Below are positions 27,844 through 35,652 of a DNA stretch of 64,000 nt, piece after piece. The position numbers and the translations under genes are program-made. The stretch lies in IMG/VR virus record IMGVR_UViG_3300028887_000006; one strand, given 5' to 3'. Position 1 is the first letter of the stretch; every line of letters begins with the position of its first letter. Under the pieces are notes generated by a model, which ran no database searches, was not told the DNA's origin, and saw nothing but the letters and a program-made list of their open reading frames with translations. This DNA is from an uncultured virus (IMG/VR IMGVR_UViG_3300028887_000006). Lineage: Duplodnaviria > Heunggongvirae > Uroviricota > Caudoviricetes.

Positions 27844-28572
27844 ATGAGAATTTACACAAAAGACGAACTGCCGCAGCATATGCCAGACGGAACCGCAAAT
27901 CCGGACTGGCTGGCAATGCGGGCTGGAAAATTTACTGGCAGTGATTTTTATTTGTTTATGTCGTTGCTGAAAAAGGGCGAACTAACCGACACCGCTGAAA
28001 GTAAATTGTACGAAAAAGTGCTGGCGAACTTTGGCGATTATCCTGAAAATATAACCAGTATGGCGATGGAACGTGGCACAGAGTTAGAGCCTGAAGCACG
28101 TGCAGAATATATTGCTGAAACCTTTAACGATGTGCAGGAGGTCGGCTTTGTTGATTATGAATCATTGCGTGCTGGGTGTTCGCCTGATGGGGTAGTATAT
28201 TACACAACAAATATTATAAATGATGAAATTTGGGAAGACGGACAAATAAAAAAAATTAAACCAAAGAAATATATATGCATAGACAGAACGGTTATTGATA
28301 AAATAATTGAAATTAAGTGTCCGGGCATAAAAAACTATATCAAGATGGCGAAAGGCAAAATTCCAATGCAGTATCTTGTACAAATGCAGTACAATATGTT
28401 AATAACTGGGGCAAAATCGTGCGACTTTGTTATCTATCACCCGAATATGCGTCTAGTGATTAAAAATATCAAACCAGACGAGCAAATGCAGAAAGATATA
28501 GTTGCTGTGCTGGAAAAATTAAATCCGCTTTACGACGAGATTTTAAGCGATATAGAAACAATGCGAAATTAA
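27844..28572 (+). CDS. YqaJ/lambda-exonuclease family nuclease
   Basis: WLAMRAGKFTGS, AMERGTELEPEAR, GCSPDG, EIKCP, YLVQMQ. Confidence 0.92.
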   Translation: MRIYTKDELPQHMPDGTANPDWLAMRAGKFTGSDFYLFMSLLKKGELTDTAESKLYEKVLANFGDYPENITSMAMERGTELEPEARAEYIAETFNDVQEVGFVDYESLRAGCSPDGVVYYTTNIINDEIWEDGQIKKIKPKKYICIDRTVIDKIIEIKCPGIKNYIKMAKGKIPMQYLVQMQYNMLITGAKSCDFVIYHPNMRLVIKNIKPDEQMQKDIVAVLEKLNPLYDEILSDIETMRN

Positions 28573-28583
28573 AGGAGTTTATT

Positions 28584-28835
28584 ATGTTTTGTGCAATTTT
28601 GGGATTATTAGCAGTGTATTTTTGGGGTAAATGGTTTGATAAATTAGAAACAGACGGAATATGGCCACTTACAATATTGTTTTTGGCATTGAATTTTATT
28701 TGGGCTGAATTTCACAGTGGTGATGTTTTTTTAAACTGGTGGTTTGTGCTTGGGCCTTTAATATTAGATGTAACCTTTAATATTTTGGATACGGTAGTGC
28801 GTTGGTTCAAGTCACTAACGAGCAACAAAAAATAA
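28584..28835 (+). CDS. Small multi-pass membrane protein
   Basis: Hydrophobic; NWWFVLGP. Confidence 0.65.
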   Translation: MFCAILGLLAVYFWGKWFDKLETDGIWPLTILFLALNFIWAEFHSGDVFLNWWFVLGPLILDVTFNILDTVVRWFKSLTSNKK

Positions 28836-28933
28836 TAAGATTGGGCAACCGTATGTTATTATCTTCATACCCTCTCATACGGCGTTTGGCACTCTCGGGG
28901 AAGTGTGCCCAAATCCCCGAATTAAAATTTTAT

Positions 28934-28961
28934 TTGACATTGTAAAAATCGTTGCTAACAT
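28934..28961 (+). promoter_or_regulatory. Promoter TTGACA-16-(TGn)TAACAT
   Basis: Sequence; upstream of the VapE-like gene. Confidence 0.55.
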
Positions 28962-28991
28962 TTTGCTTACAACAAAGGAAAGGACAAGGTT

Positions 28992-30785
28992 ATGGCAAAA
29001 GAAATTTTTATCACAGAAAACGAAAAAGCAATCGAGCAAGCGTTTTTGTTTTTCCCACGTGATGTTATCTCACGCAAGCAAATCAGCGAAATCAACCCCG
29101 AAGAAGTCACAGATGTGATTTTAGATGGCAACGACACCGAAATTCTTGACATTTTTACACGTGCAAAGAAACGGTATATGCCAAATGGGCTTGATTTTAA
29201 TGAAAATATTGATACACTTAATACGTCATTTACAAAGGGTTGTTGTGTGTATGAAACACCGGCACCAAAGCCACATACTGTGGATGACGATTATTTAACA
29301 GGGGACTCCTTTCCTATTGCTAATAACCAGTCCCCTGACCAAGATTCTGATGGATTTGACGACATGATTGACGACGAACTGTCAATGCAAGAGCAAATCG
29401 CAATTCTACAACCAATGTTGGACAATAAAAAAATCGGCGAAGGAACTGTTGCCGAACTTACAATGAAAGTTGTTGATTTATGCCAACAGAATAAACTTTT
29501 TGAACGAGATGTTATTACTGGATTATTCCGCACGGTGTTTTCTAAAAAACCACTAATATCTGCTATGCGTGCCGAGATGCTATTTAATTTGCATTTTTGC
29601 GATAAACTCGCTATACGCAATGCATCGTATAAAATAAACAAAGAAACAGGCGAACCAGAAAAAGACACCAAGTTCCGTATTATCAAACCAAACGAACTGA
29701 AATTGCTTTGGCAGGCCGTATCTGCATATTCTACTTTTAATTCACGCAAAGAGTTTTATGACGCAATACCACAATGGGATGGCGAAGACCGTATAAATGT
29801 GTTTATGAAACAATATTTTAATTGTGATACGAACCCAAACTTTTTTATGTTGCTTATGACTTGCTTGGTTGCAAAATTCTCACCACGCAACGATTATTGC
29901 CCGTATTTCTTTGATATTGTTGCAAGTTCCAAGGGCATCGGCAAATCATTTTTATGCAAACGGTTGCTGGGCGGTCAATATTGCGGATTCTTAAATTTTG
30001 CAGTTGGTCGTCGTGATGACTTTTATGTAAATGCGTATGACGGAAATAACGCAATTGTTGTTGATGACGAATGCACTTGGGTGTCTTCCACAAAATCATT
30101 TGGTAAAATATCACCCGATGAATTGAAATCTATTGTTACAACACCGACAGATAAATTTTCACGCAAATATGGGCAACCAGAAGAACACGAACGTTCGTTT
30201 GTTATTCTTCGTACTAGTAACGATGTAAATCAGGTGTATTCGACTAATGAACGTCGTCAAATAATATTTCAATGTAACTTGCCAGATTACGAGTGCCGTA
30301 TTAAAGATTTGCCAGATGAATATTTTCAACAAATGCTTGCACAAGCAAAGGTATATTATATACGCCATCACGGGATTTATCAACTAACAGACAACGACCG
30401 TCTTGAAGTGAAAGATGCAAACTTGGAAAATTACAACTGGGAAACAAAAGAAAACTATGCAATTTTGGATTATATCAAAGCAGTTAGAGAAGAACCAGAT
30501 AAATATGGCATAAAATTAAAAGCACAAAAATTTGGTTGTGAATTATGGGGCGGCCATAAACCTTATAATACTTGGTGTGACGAACACAAAAAACCTGCGC
30601 TTCCTGCCCGTGCATTTTGGCGTGCGGTGACAGCGTTAGCAGAATTGCCCGAAAATAATATTGTAGTTATTTCTACAACCAAATATGATATTGCGAGCGG
30701 TGGTTGTGCTCGTGTGTTCCGTATTGACCCAATTAAAACAGCCGAAGAACAGGAGTTAGACGACATACCCGACATTCCGTATTAA
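28992..30785 (+). CDS. VapE/VirE-like replication ATPase (primase-helicase type)
   Basis: PQWDGEDRI, KGIGKS Walker A, VVDDE, ELKSIVT...D.F.RKYG, TSND, NERR. Confidence 0.85.
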   Translation: MAKEIFITENEKAIEQAFLFFPRDVISRKQISEINPEEVTDVILDGNDTEILDIFTRAKKRYMPNGLDFNENIDTLNTSFTKGCCVYETPAPKPHTVDDDYLTGDSFPIANNQSPDQDSDGFDDMIDDELSMQEQIAILQPMLDNKKIGEGTVAELTMKVVDLCQQNKLFERDVITGLFRTVFSKKPLISAMRAEMLFNLHFCDKLAIRNASYKINKETGEPEKDTKFRIIKPNELKLLWQAVSAYSTFNSRKEFYDAIPQWDGEDRINVFMKQYFNCDTNPNFFMLLMTCLVAKFSPRNDYCPYFFDIVASSKGIGKSFLCKRLLGGQYCGFLNFAVGRRDDFYVNAYDGNNAIVVDDECTWVSSTKSFGKISPDELKSIVTTPTDKFSRKYGQPEEHERSFVILRTSNDVNQVYSTNERRQIIFQCNLPDYECRIKDLPDEYFQQMLAQAKVYYIRHHGIYQLTDNDRLEVKDANLENYNWETKENYAILDYIKAVREEPDKYGIKLKAQKFGCELWGGHKPYNTWCDEHKKPALPARAFWRAVTALAELPENNIVVISTTKYDIASGGCARVFRIDPIKTAEEQELDDIPDIPY

Positions 30786-30800
30786 ATTTTTACAAGATTG

Positions 30801-30829
30801 TCGACAAGTCGAAAAAATCGTGTTATAAT
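30801..30829 (+). promoter_or_regulatory. Promoter TCGACA-17-TGnTATAAT
   Basis: Sequence. Confidence 0.8.
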
Positions 30830-30835
30830 CAGTTC

Positions 30836-30889
30836 GGGTGGTGCAAAGAATCCTTCATCTCATTTCTCTCTCCCCTTTGCCACCCACCA
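30836..30889 (+). ncRNA. 54-nt stem-loop leader/small RNA ending in ACCA
   Basis: Starts at the predicted +1; GGGUGG...CCACCC-ACCA with a CU-rich loop. Confidence 0.45.
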
Positions 30890-30906
30890 AGATAAAGGAG
30901 AAAAAA

Positions 30907-31098
30907 TTGCGTATTATTATTTTAAGCCAACAAGGTTGTTCAAAATGTAAAGCATTGGCCGCACGATTTGCAGATGCCGAAGTGGTTGAGTTGCAACCGA
31001 GTTTGTTATTGCAATTAGCACGAGAATTAAACATTCATTCGTTACCAATTGTTCTATTATCTGGTGATAATCACGAACTCGAACAATTTATGGAGTAA
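30907..31098 (+). CDS. Glutaredoxin-like CxxC protein
   Basis: GCSKC...IHSLPIV; SD aaggag with TTG start; homologue of 38425..38619. Confidence 0.7.
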   Translation: MRIIILSQQGCSKCKALAARFADAEVVELQPSLLLQLARELNIHSLPIVLLSGDNHELEQFME

Positions 31099-31101
31099 AG
31101 C

Positions 31102-32793
31102 ATGAAAGTATTATCGCTATTTGATGGTATTTCATGTGGGAGATTAGCATTAGAACGTGTAGGAATCCCTGTTGAAAAATACTACGCCAGTGAAATTGAC
31201 AAGTATGCAATACAAGTCGCACAAAAAAATTATCCCGACACAATACAGGTCGGTGATGTCACAAAATTAAACTATTTGGAATTGTTGGACATAGATATGG
31301 TTATTGGCGGAAGTCCCTGCCAAGATTTATCCATAGCAAAACAAAATCGTGAAGGTTTGCGTGGGGCAAGGTCTGGTCTGTTCTGGAAATACGTGGAAGC
31401 ACTGGAAGTTATCCACCCAAAGTGGTTCTTGTTGGAAAATGTTGCCAGTATGCGAAACGAAGATAGAGATGCGATTACAGCAACATTGAAAAAGATATAC
31501 CCAGAAACCGAGTGCATTATGATAAACTCTGCACTTCTTTCGGCACAGCAAAGAAAAAGATACTACTGGACGAACTGGCACGTGGAACAGCCACAGAACA
31601 AAGGTATATTATTGAAAGATATTTTGGAAAGTGGCTATAGCTGCGATGTTGAAAATCAAGGGAAAAAACTGTGTAAAACGGTTGATAAAGCACAAACTTT
31701 GATGGCACGTGATTATAAAGGGTTTGGCAACCAACGGATGACAGGCGTTGCAGTTCCCTGTGTTATGCGAACACGTGAAGACGAATTAGGTAAGTTCAAG
31801 CGAGTTGAAACAAAAGACGATGGTAAAGCCAATTCACTTACATCTGTGCAGACAGATTCTATGGTGGCAGAACCAGTGAATATAAACGGCACTGAATATG
31901 AGTTTTATCAAAGTGAAAGAAAAAGCAAAACCGAATTAGATTATTTAGGTGGTGTTATTACTGGAAGAAAACAATGGTTAGAAGATGACACATATAAATC
32001 TAGGTCGTTTTCACAAGGGAATAGGGTTTATTCAGTTCGTGGGAAATCCGTATCGTTAAATGCAAATGGTGGTGGATTAGGTGCAAAAACAGGTTTATAC
32101 AAGGTTGACCTGCCAGATGGCGATTATATTATACGCAAACTGACACCAGTTGAATGCGAAAGATTACAGACATTGCCAGACGGGTGGACAGCAAAAGGAG
32201 CAATACAATGGAATTATGCAAGTGTGATGGGTGTAACAGAAAACGTAAAACTAACATTGGATTCTGCCTTATGCACTATAAACGATGGAAAAGGCGTGGA
32301 ACAACAGAGTTGCCAAAACACGAAAGAAAACAATGTAAATTTTGTAGCAGAGTTGCAATTGCAAGAGAAATGTGCGACAGGCATTATCAGAATTGGAAAC
32401 GGCACAAAGACCCAGAATATACAGATAAAATTAGACGGGGGTATAACAGATACGGCTATAAGAAATCCCAAGGAAAATATAAAGTCGAACATAGAAAACT
32501 TGCCGCAGAATTTATTGGAAGAGATTTGTTGCCAACAGAAGTGGTTCATCATATTAACCTTGATAAAAAAGACAATTCAAGAAAAAACCTATTCGTTTGC
32601 ACAAACACACAACATCAACAAATACACGCTCAACTGCAAGTTGTCGCAGGGGAACTCGTTAGAGATGGATTTATCGTCTTTGAAAATGGAAAGTATCGTA
32701 GAAATTTCTAACACACAGAGATACAAAGCAATCGGCAACGGTTGGACTTGTGATGTAATTGCGTGGATATTTAGTCAGATGCCAAAAGACTAA
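31102..32793 (+). CDS. DNA cytosine-5 methyltransferase with an in-frame insertion of about 170 aa
   Basis: LSLFDGI, GGSPCQ, LLENV, QQRKRYYW, RKLTPVECERLQTLPD, SNTQRYKAIGNGW. Confidence 0.95.
   Translation: MKVLSLFDGISCGRLALERVGIPVEKYYASEIDKYAIQVAQKNYPDTIQVGDVTKLNYLELLDIDMVIGGSPCQDLSIAKQNREGLRGARSGLFWKYVEALEVIHPKWFLLENVASMRNEDRDAITATLKKIYPETECIMINSALLSAQQRKRYYWTNWHVEQPQNKGILLKDILESGYSCDVENQGKKLCKTVDKAQTLMARDYKGFGNQRMTGVAVPCVMRTREDELGKFKRVETKDDGKANSLTSVQTDSMVAEPVNINGTEYEFYQSERKSKTELDYLGGVITGRKQWLEDDTYKSRSFSQGNRVYSVRGKSVSLNANGGGLGAKTGLYKVDLPDGDYIIRKLTPVECERLQTLPDGWTAKGAIQWNYASVMGVTENVKLTLDSALCTINDGKGVEQQSCQNTKENNVNFVAELQLQEKCATGIIRIGNGTKTQNIQIKLDGGITDTAIRNPKENIKSNIENLPQNLLEEICCQQKWFIILTLIKKTIQEKTYSFAQTHNINKYTLNCKLSQGNSLEMDLSSLKMESIVEISNTQRYKAIGNGWTCDVIAWIFSQMPKD
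32208..32711 (+). CDS. Nested HNH homing endonuclease (alternate frame inside the MTase)
   Basis: SD aaggag then ATG 32208; two CxxxxC...CxxHY zinc fingers; EHR...VVHHINLDKKDNSRKNL...H..IH. Confidence 0.9.
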   Translation: MELCKCDGCNRKRKTNIGFCLMHYKRWKRRGTTELPKHERKQCKFCSRVAIAREMCDRHYQNWKRHKDPEYTDKIRRGYNRYGYKKSQGKYKVEHRKLAAEFIGRDLLPTEVVHHINLDKKDNSRKNLFVCTNTQHQQIHAQLQVVAGELVRDGFIVFENGKYRRNF

Positions 32794-32812
32794 CAAACAA
32801 AGGAGAAGAAGA

Positions 32813-33196
32813 ATGCAAATAACAATCAAACGAACGTTTAAAGGGCCAGAATACACCATCGGCAAACTCTACATTGACGGGGCGTATTTCTGTGATACTT
32901 TGGAAGATACTGTCCGCCCCGATGGTGTAAAAATCTACGGCAAGACAGCGATTCCTGCCGGTGACTACAAAGTCAAAAAGACTTGGTCACCTCGGTTCAA
33001 AAAGAAACTACCCGAGATTCTTAATGTTAAAGGATTTACGGGAGTACGGATTCACCAAGGCAACAAAGCAACCGATACCGAAGGGTGTGTTTTGCTTGGG
33101 CTGAACAAAGTAAAGGGGGCAGTTCTGTGTAGCCAAAATACAATGGCGTTTTTTATGGACAGAACCCCAGACGAATTTGATTTAACAATAGAGTAA
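32813..33196 (+). CDS. DUF5675-family protein, putative endolysin
   Basis: TIGKLYIDG..FCDTLED, TAIPAG.Y, GVRIHQGN...DTEGCVLLG. Confidence 0.8.
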   Translation: MQITIKRTFKGPEYTIGKLYIDGAYFCDTLEDTVRPDGVKIYGKTAIPAGDYKVKKTWSPRFKKKLPEILNVKGFTGVRIHQGNKATDTEGCVLLGLNKVKGAVLCSQNTMAFFMDRTPDEFDLTIE

Positions 33197-33213
33197 AAAA
33201 GTTTTCGCTATTG

Positions 33214-33242
33214 TCGACAAATGCGATAAAAGATGTTATAAT
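33214..33242 (+). promoter_or_regulatory. Promoter TCGACA-17-TGnTATAAT
   Basis: Sequence. Confidence 0.8.
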
Positions 33243-33272
33243 AAAACTGTAAAACCAACAAAGGAGTAGCAA

Positions 33273-33587
33273 ATGGCAAATACACCAATCATTAAAAAGC
33301 GTTGTGGGGCTTTCTCTGTCGCTGTTTTTGAAGAAACCAAGCAGAGCAAATCGGGTGATTCGTATATCTCGCACAGCATCGTCTTGCAGAAATCTTACAA
33401 AGACCAAAACGGTGACTGGCAACGCCAATCTATCAATATGTTCGACAACAATGCACCAGAAGTCGCTTTCTTGTTGCAGTCAGCGTGGAACGATATGATT
33501 GATGGCAAAGGTGAACCAATGCCGACAGATTCCAAAGATGAATCAGTCGTGAAAGAACCAGATATTGACTCGGAATTACCTTTCTAA
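33273..33587 (+). CDS. Single-stranded DNA-binding protein (PC4/Whirly-like)
   Basis: KSYKDQNGDWQ, acidic tail ending DSELPF. Confidence 0.7.
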   Translation: MANTPIIKKRCGAFSVAVFEETKQSKSGDSYISHSIVLQKSYKDQNGDWQRQSINMFDNNAPEVAFLLQSAWNDMIDGKGEPMPTDSKDESVVKEPDIDSELPF

Positions 33588-33598
33588 AAGGACACAAA

Positions 33599-33829
33599 AT
33601 GGAATTATTATCAACACAAGAAGTAGCAAATGTTTTGGGAATCCACGAAAGCACAGTTCGGTTGTGGGCGACTAAGGGCAATATGCCTTTCAAAGCCATT
33701 AAAATCGGCAAGTTGTGGAAATTCCAAAAAACAGACGTTATGCAGTATCGTTATGGTACTGACTATGACCCAAACGAAGTAGGATTTAACAATGAAAACA
33801 GCGGAAACACTGCAAACAGCATTGGCTAG
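33599..33829 (+). CDS. HTH_17 excisionase-like DNA-binding protein
   Basis: LLSTQEVANVLGIHESTVR...KIGKLWKF. Confidence 0.85.
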   Translation: MELLSTQEVANVLGIHESTVRLWATKGNMPFKAIKIGKLWKFQKTDVMQYRYGTDYDPNEVGFNNENSGNTANSIG

Positions 33830-34016
33830 GTACGAGCAAGAACTCACCACGATTCGTCAAAAAATAAAAGAACTAGACGATGCGTGGGAAAGGGCTGGGG
33901 CTGTTATGGACAACCGTGCTTTCTTTGTTGCCTGCTTTGAAAAAAAGAAAGAATTGCGGAAGCAAGAAGCAGAAGCAGAGTTCAGAATCAAATTTACAAA
34001 ATGGGTTCTGGAATAG
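33792..34016 (+). CDS. Coiled-coil hypothetical protein
   Basis: ORF with SD. Confidence 0.6.
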   Translation: MKTAETLQTALARYEQELTTIRQKIKELDDAWERAGAVMDNRAFFVACFEKKKELRKQEAEAEFRIKFTKWVLE

Positions 34017-34248
34017 TTCGGGGGCGGGGTTTGAGTTCTCCTTTCACCGAAAAAAATTGCTGGCATACCAATTCCCCCAATGTATGCTTTTTAACGGGGC
34101 AGGGCATAATCTTTTTCTACATTCCTCATTGTCAACTCCTGCCCCACCAGAATTGAGTGTGGTGCCTACTAATTACAGGTTGTAAACCCTTTCTACCTAG
34201 GCTAGATAAAATCCGTTTTTAGCAAGTCCACACTCACCCCTAGGGTGA
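34016..34248 (+). ncRNA. Structured non-coding cluster (several hairpins, one ACCA-ended 54-mer at 34096-34149)
   Basis: GCAUAC/GUAUGC, GGGGCAGG/CCUGCCCC and UCACCC/GGGUGA stems. Confidence 0.45.
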
Positions 34249-34253
34249 TAGAT

Positions 34254-34424
34254 ATGAAAAGTTGGAAACAAGAAAGACTTCGTAGAAAAAAATTATTGCG
34301 GTATATTAAATTCCAGCGAATGATGCGTAAAATATTTATAGCGGATTTTAAGCGTCGTATAATAGAGAATATTCTTAATGGGACAAAATATATAAAAATA
34401 AACAAAGGCAATAACGATGACTAA
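34254..34424 (+). CDS. 56-aa basic protein (MKSWKQERLRRKK...)
   Basis: Translated by hand; overlaps the next start. Confidence 0.5.
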   Translation: MKSWKQERLRRKKLLRYIKFQRMMRKIFIADFKRRIIENILNGTKYIKINKGNNDD

Positions 34425-34758
34425 CATTATAAATCTTGACCCGACAACTTGGAGCAAACAAGACTGGCGTGATGCGTATGAATCGCATTGTGCGGCCGCC
34501 AAGCAACCTTTGAGCAAGAAAGAATACTATGCGACCGTTATGGCGAACGCAGAACGCTTAAAACCTGTCCTACAACCGCTTTCTGACGAATTGCGGGATA
34601 AGTGGACTAACGGCTGGCGAAACGCTGTTGTATGGGCAAAAAAACGCAAATGCGACTTTAATGGGGTGGCGTTGGAAAACTGCCGACCAGAAATCAATTT
34701 GGAAGAACTGCAAAACGATGTGAGAGATTTACAATGGGAAATGTCGCTGAAAAGATAA
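34417..34758 (+). CDS. Hypothetical protein
   Basis: ORF in operon. Confidence 0.65.
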   Translation: MTNIINLDPTTWSKQDWRDAYESHCAAAKQPLSKKEYYATVMANAERLKPVLQPLSDELRDKWTNGWRNAVVWAKKRKCDFNGVALENCRPEINLEELQNDVRDLQWEMSLKR

Positions 34759-35231
34759 CCTTAATTACCGATACCAGAGAAAAATTGGCTCTTGACTTTT
34801 CTTACAGCAAGTCCGTGGAATCTGTTGTTATAAAAAAGTTAGACGCTACTGATTACTCAATTTTGGGCTATGAGCACAAATGGGGTTGCGAAAGGAAGGC
34901 ACGTGGCGACCTTGTAAATACGCTAGTTGGCGACCACGATAGATTCAAGCGTGAAATGGAACGGCTGAAAGATTATGACGAAGCGTATATTTTGGTTGAA
35001 GGCACGCACGAAGAATTGGCTAAATATTGTTTGCATTTTGGCAACGGCAAAGCATTAAATACGATTTATGGTACTTTGTTAAAATATGAAAAGCACTACC
35101 CAGTGACCGTTCAATTTTGCAAAGACCGTCGGTTTATGTCGGATTATATAATTCGCAAAGCACAAGAATATTTACAAAAGAAAGGAGAGCAAAATGACCA
35201 ACCCAAAGAAAAGGATAATCAAGATAGTTAA
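34734..35231 (+). CDS. ERCC4-domain nuclease
   Basis: DTRE, LDATDYS, CERK, RFKREMERL, ILVEG. Confidence 0.88.
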   Translation: MGNVAEKITLITDTREKLALDFSYSKSVESVVIKKLDATDYSILGYEHKWGCERKARGDLVNTLVGDHDRFKREMERLKDYDEAYILVEGTHEELAKYCLHFGNGKALNTIYGTLLKYEKHYPVTVQFCKDRRFMSDYIIRKAQEYLQKKGEQNDQPKEKDNQDS

Positions 35232-35535
35232 TTCGTTTTACACATACCACCCCGACTTCGTGCAACACGATGACGGGTCGTATGAAGAACTGCCGACTGG
35301 CTGGTGGATTGCCGAGTGGACTGTCCAAGAGCAAGATAACTTGATTCAAGAACACTACACTGCGAGATTCACAACCGAGCAACAAGCCGATGCGTTTTTA
35401 GACGAAATCACATCGTCGTTCTGGGGGGCGGAATTGCCTTACAAGAGTGTATTGCTGACCGACCCGATATTCACCGCCGGCAAATTGGTCGCCAAGATTA
35501 AACATGGGAAACCGCTAACAAAGGATATGTTATGA
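35194..35535 (+). CDS. Hypothetical protein
   Basis: SD aaggag. Confidence 0.65.
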   Translation: MTNPKKRIIKIVNSFYTYHPDFVQHDDGSYEELPTGWWIAEWTVQEQDNLIQEHYTARFTTEQQADAFLDEITSSFWGAELPYKSVLLTDPIFTAGKLVAKIKHGKPLTKDML

Positions 35536-35642
35536 GAACACTATTATTACTCGCATTATTGCTCGCAGGTTGCACGATGGAAAAACTCGACGGCTACTGC
35601 GATTACACGATTTGGACAAACAGTTTTAACTGTGAATTTTAA
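35532..35642 (+). CDS. 36-aa lipoprotein (MRTLLLLALLLAGCTMEK...NCEF)
   Basis: Canonical LAGC lipobox; translated by hand. Confidence 0.65.
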   Translation: MRTLLLLALLLAGCTMEKLDGYCDYTIWTNSFNCEF

Positions 35643-35652
35643 GGGGGAATAA

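Noticed and set aside
32188..32715. Intein or group I intron in the methyltransferase
   Set aside because: No intein N-terminal block or His-Asn end in the MTase frame; the HNH ORF fills essentially the whole insert, leaving no room for a ribozyme core
30836..34149. tRNA or tmRNA genes suggested by GTTCG and CCACCA strings
   Set aside because: No D arm, anticodon arm or T arm can be formed, and GTTCG lies upstream of the stems; kept only as tRNA-like ends
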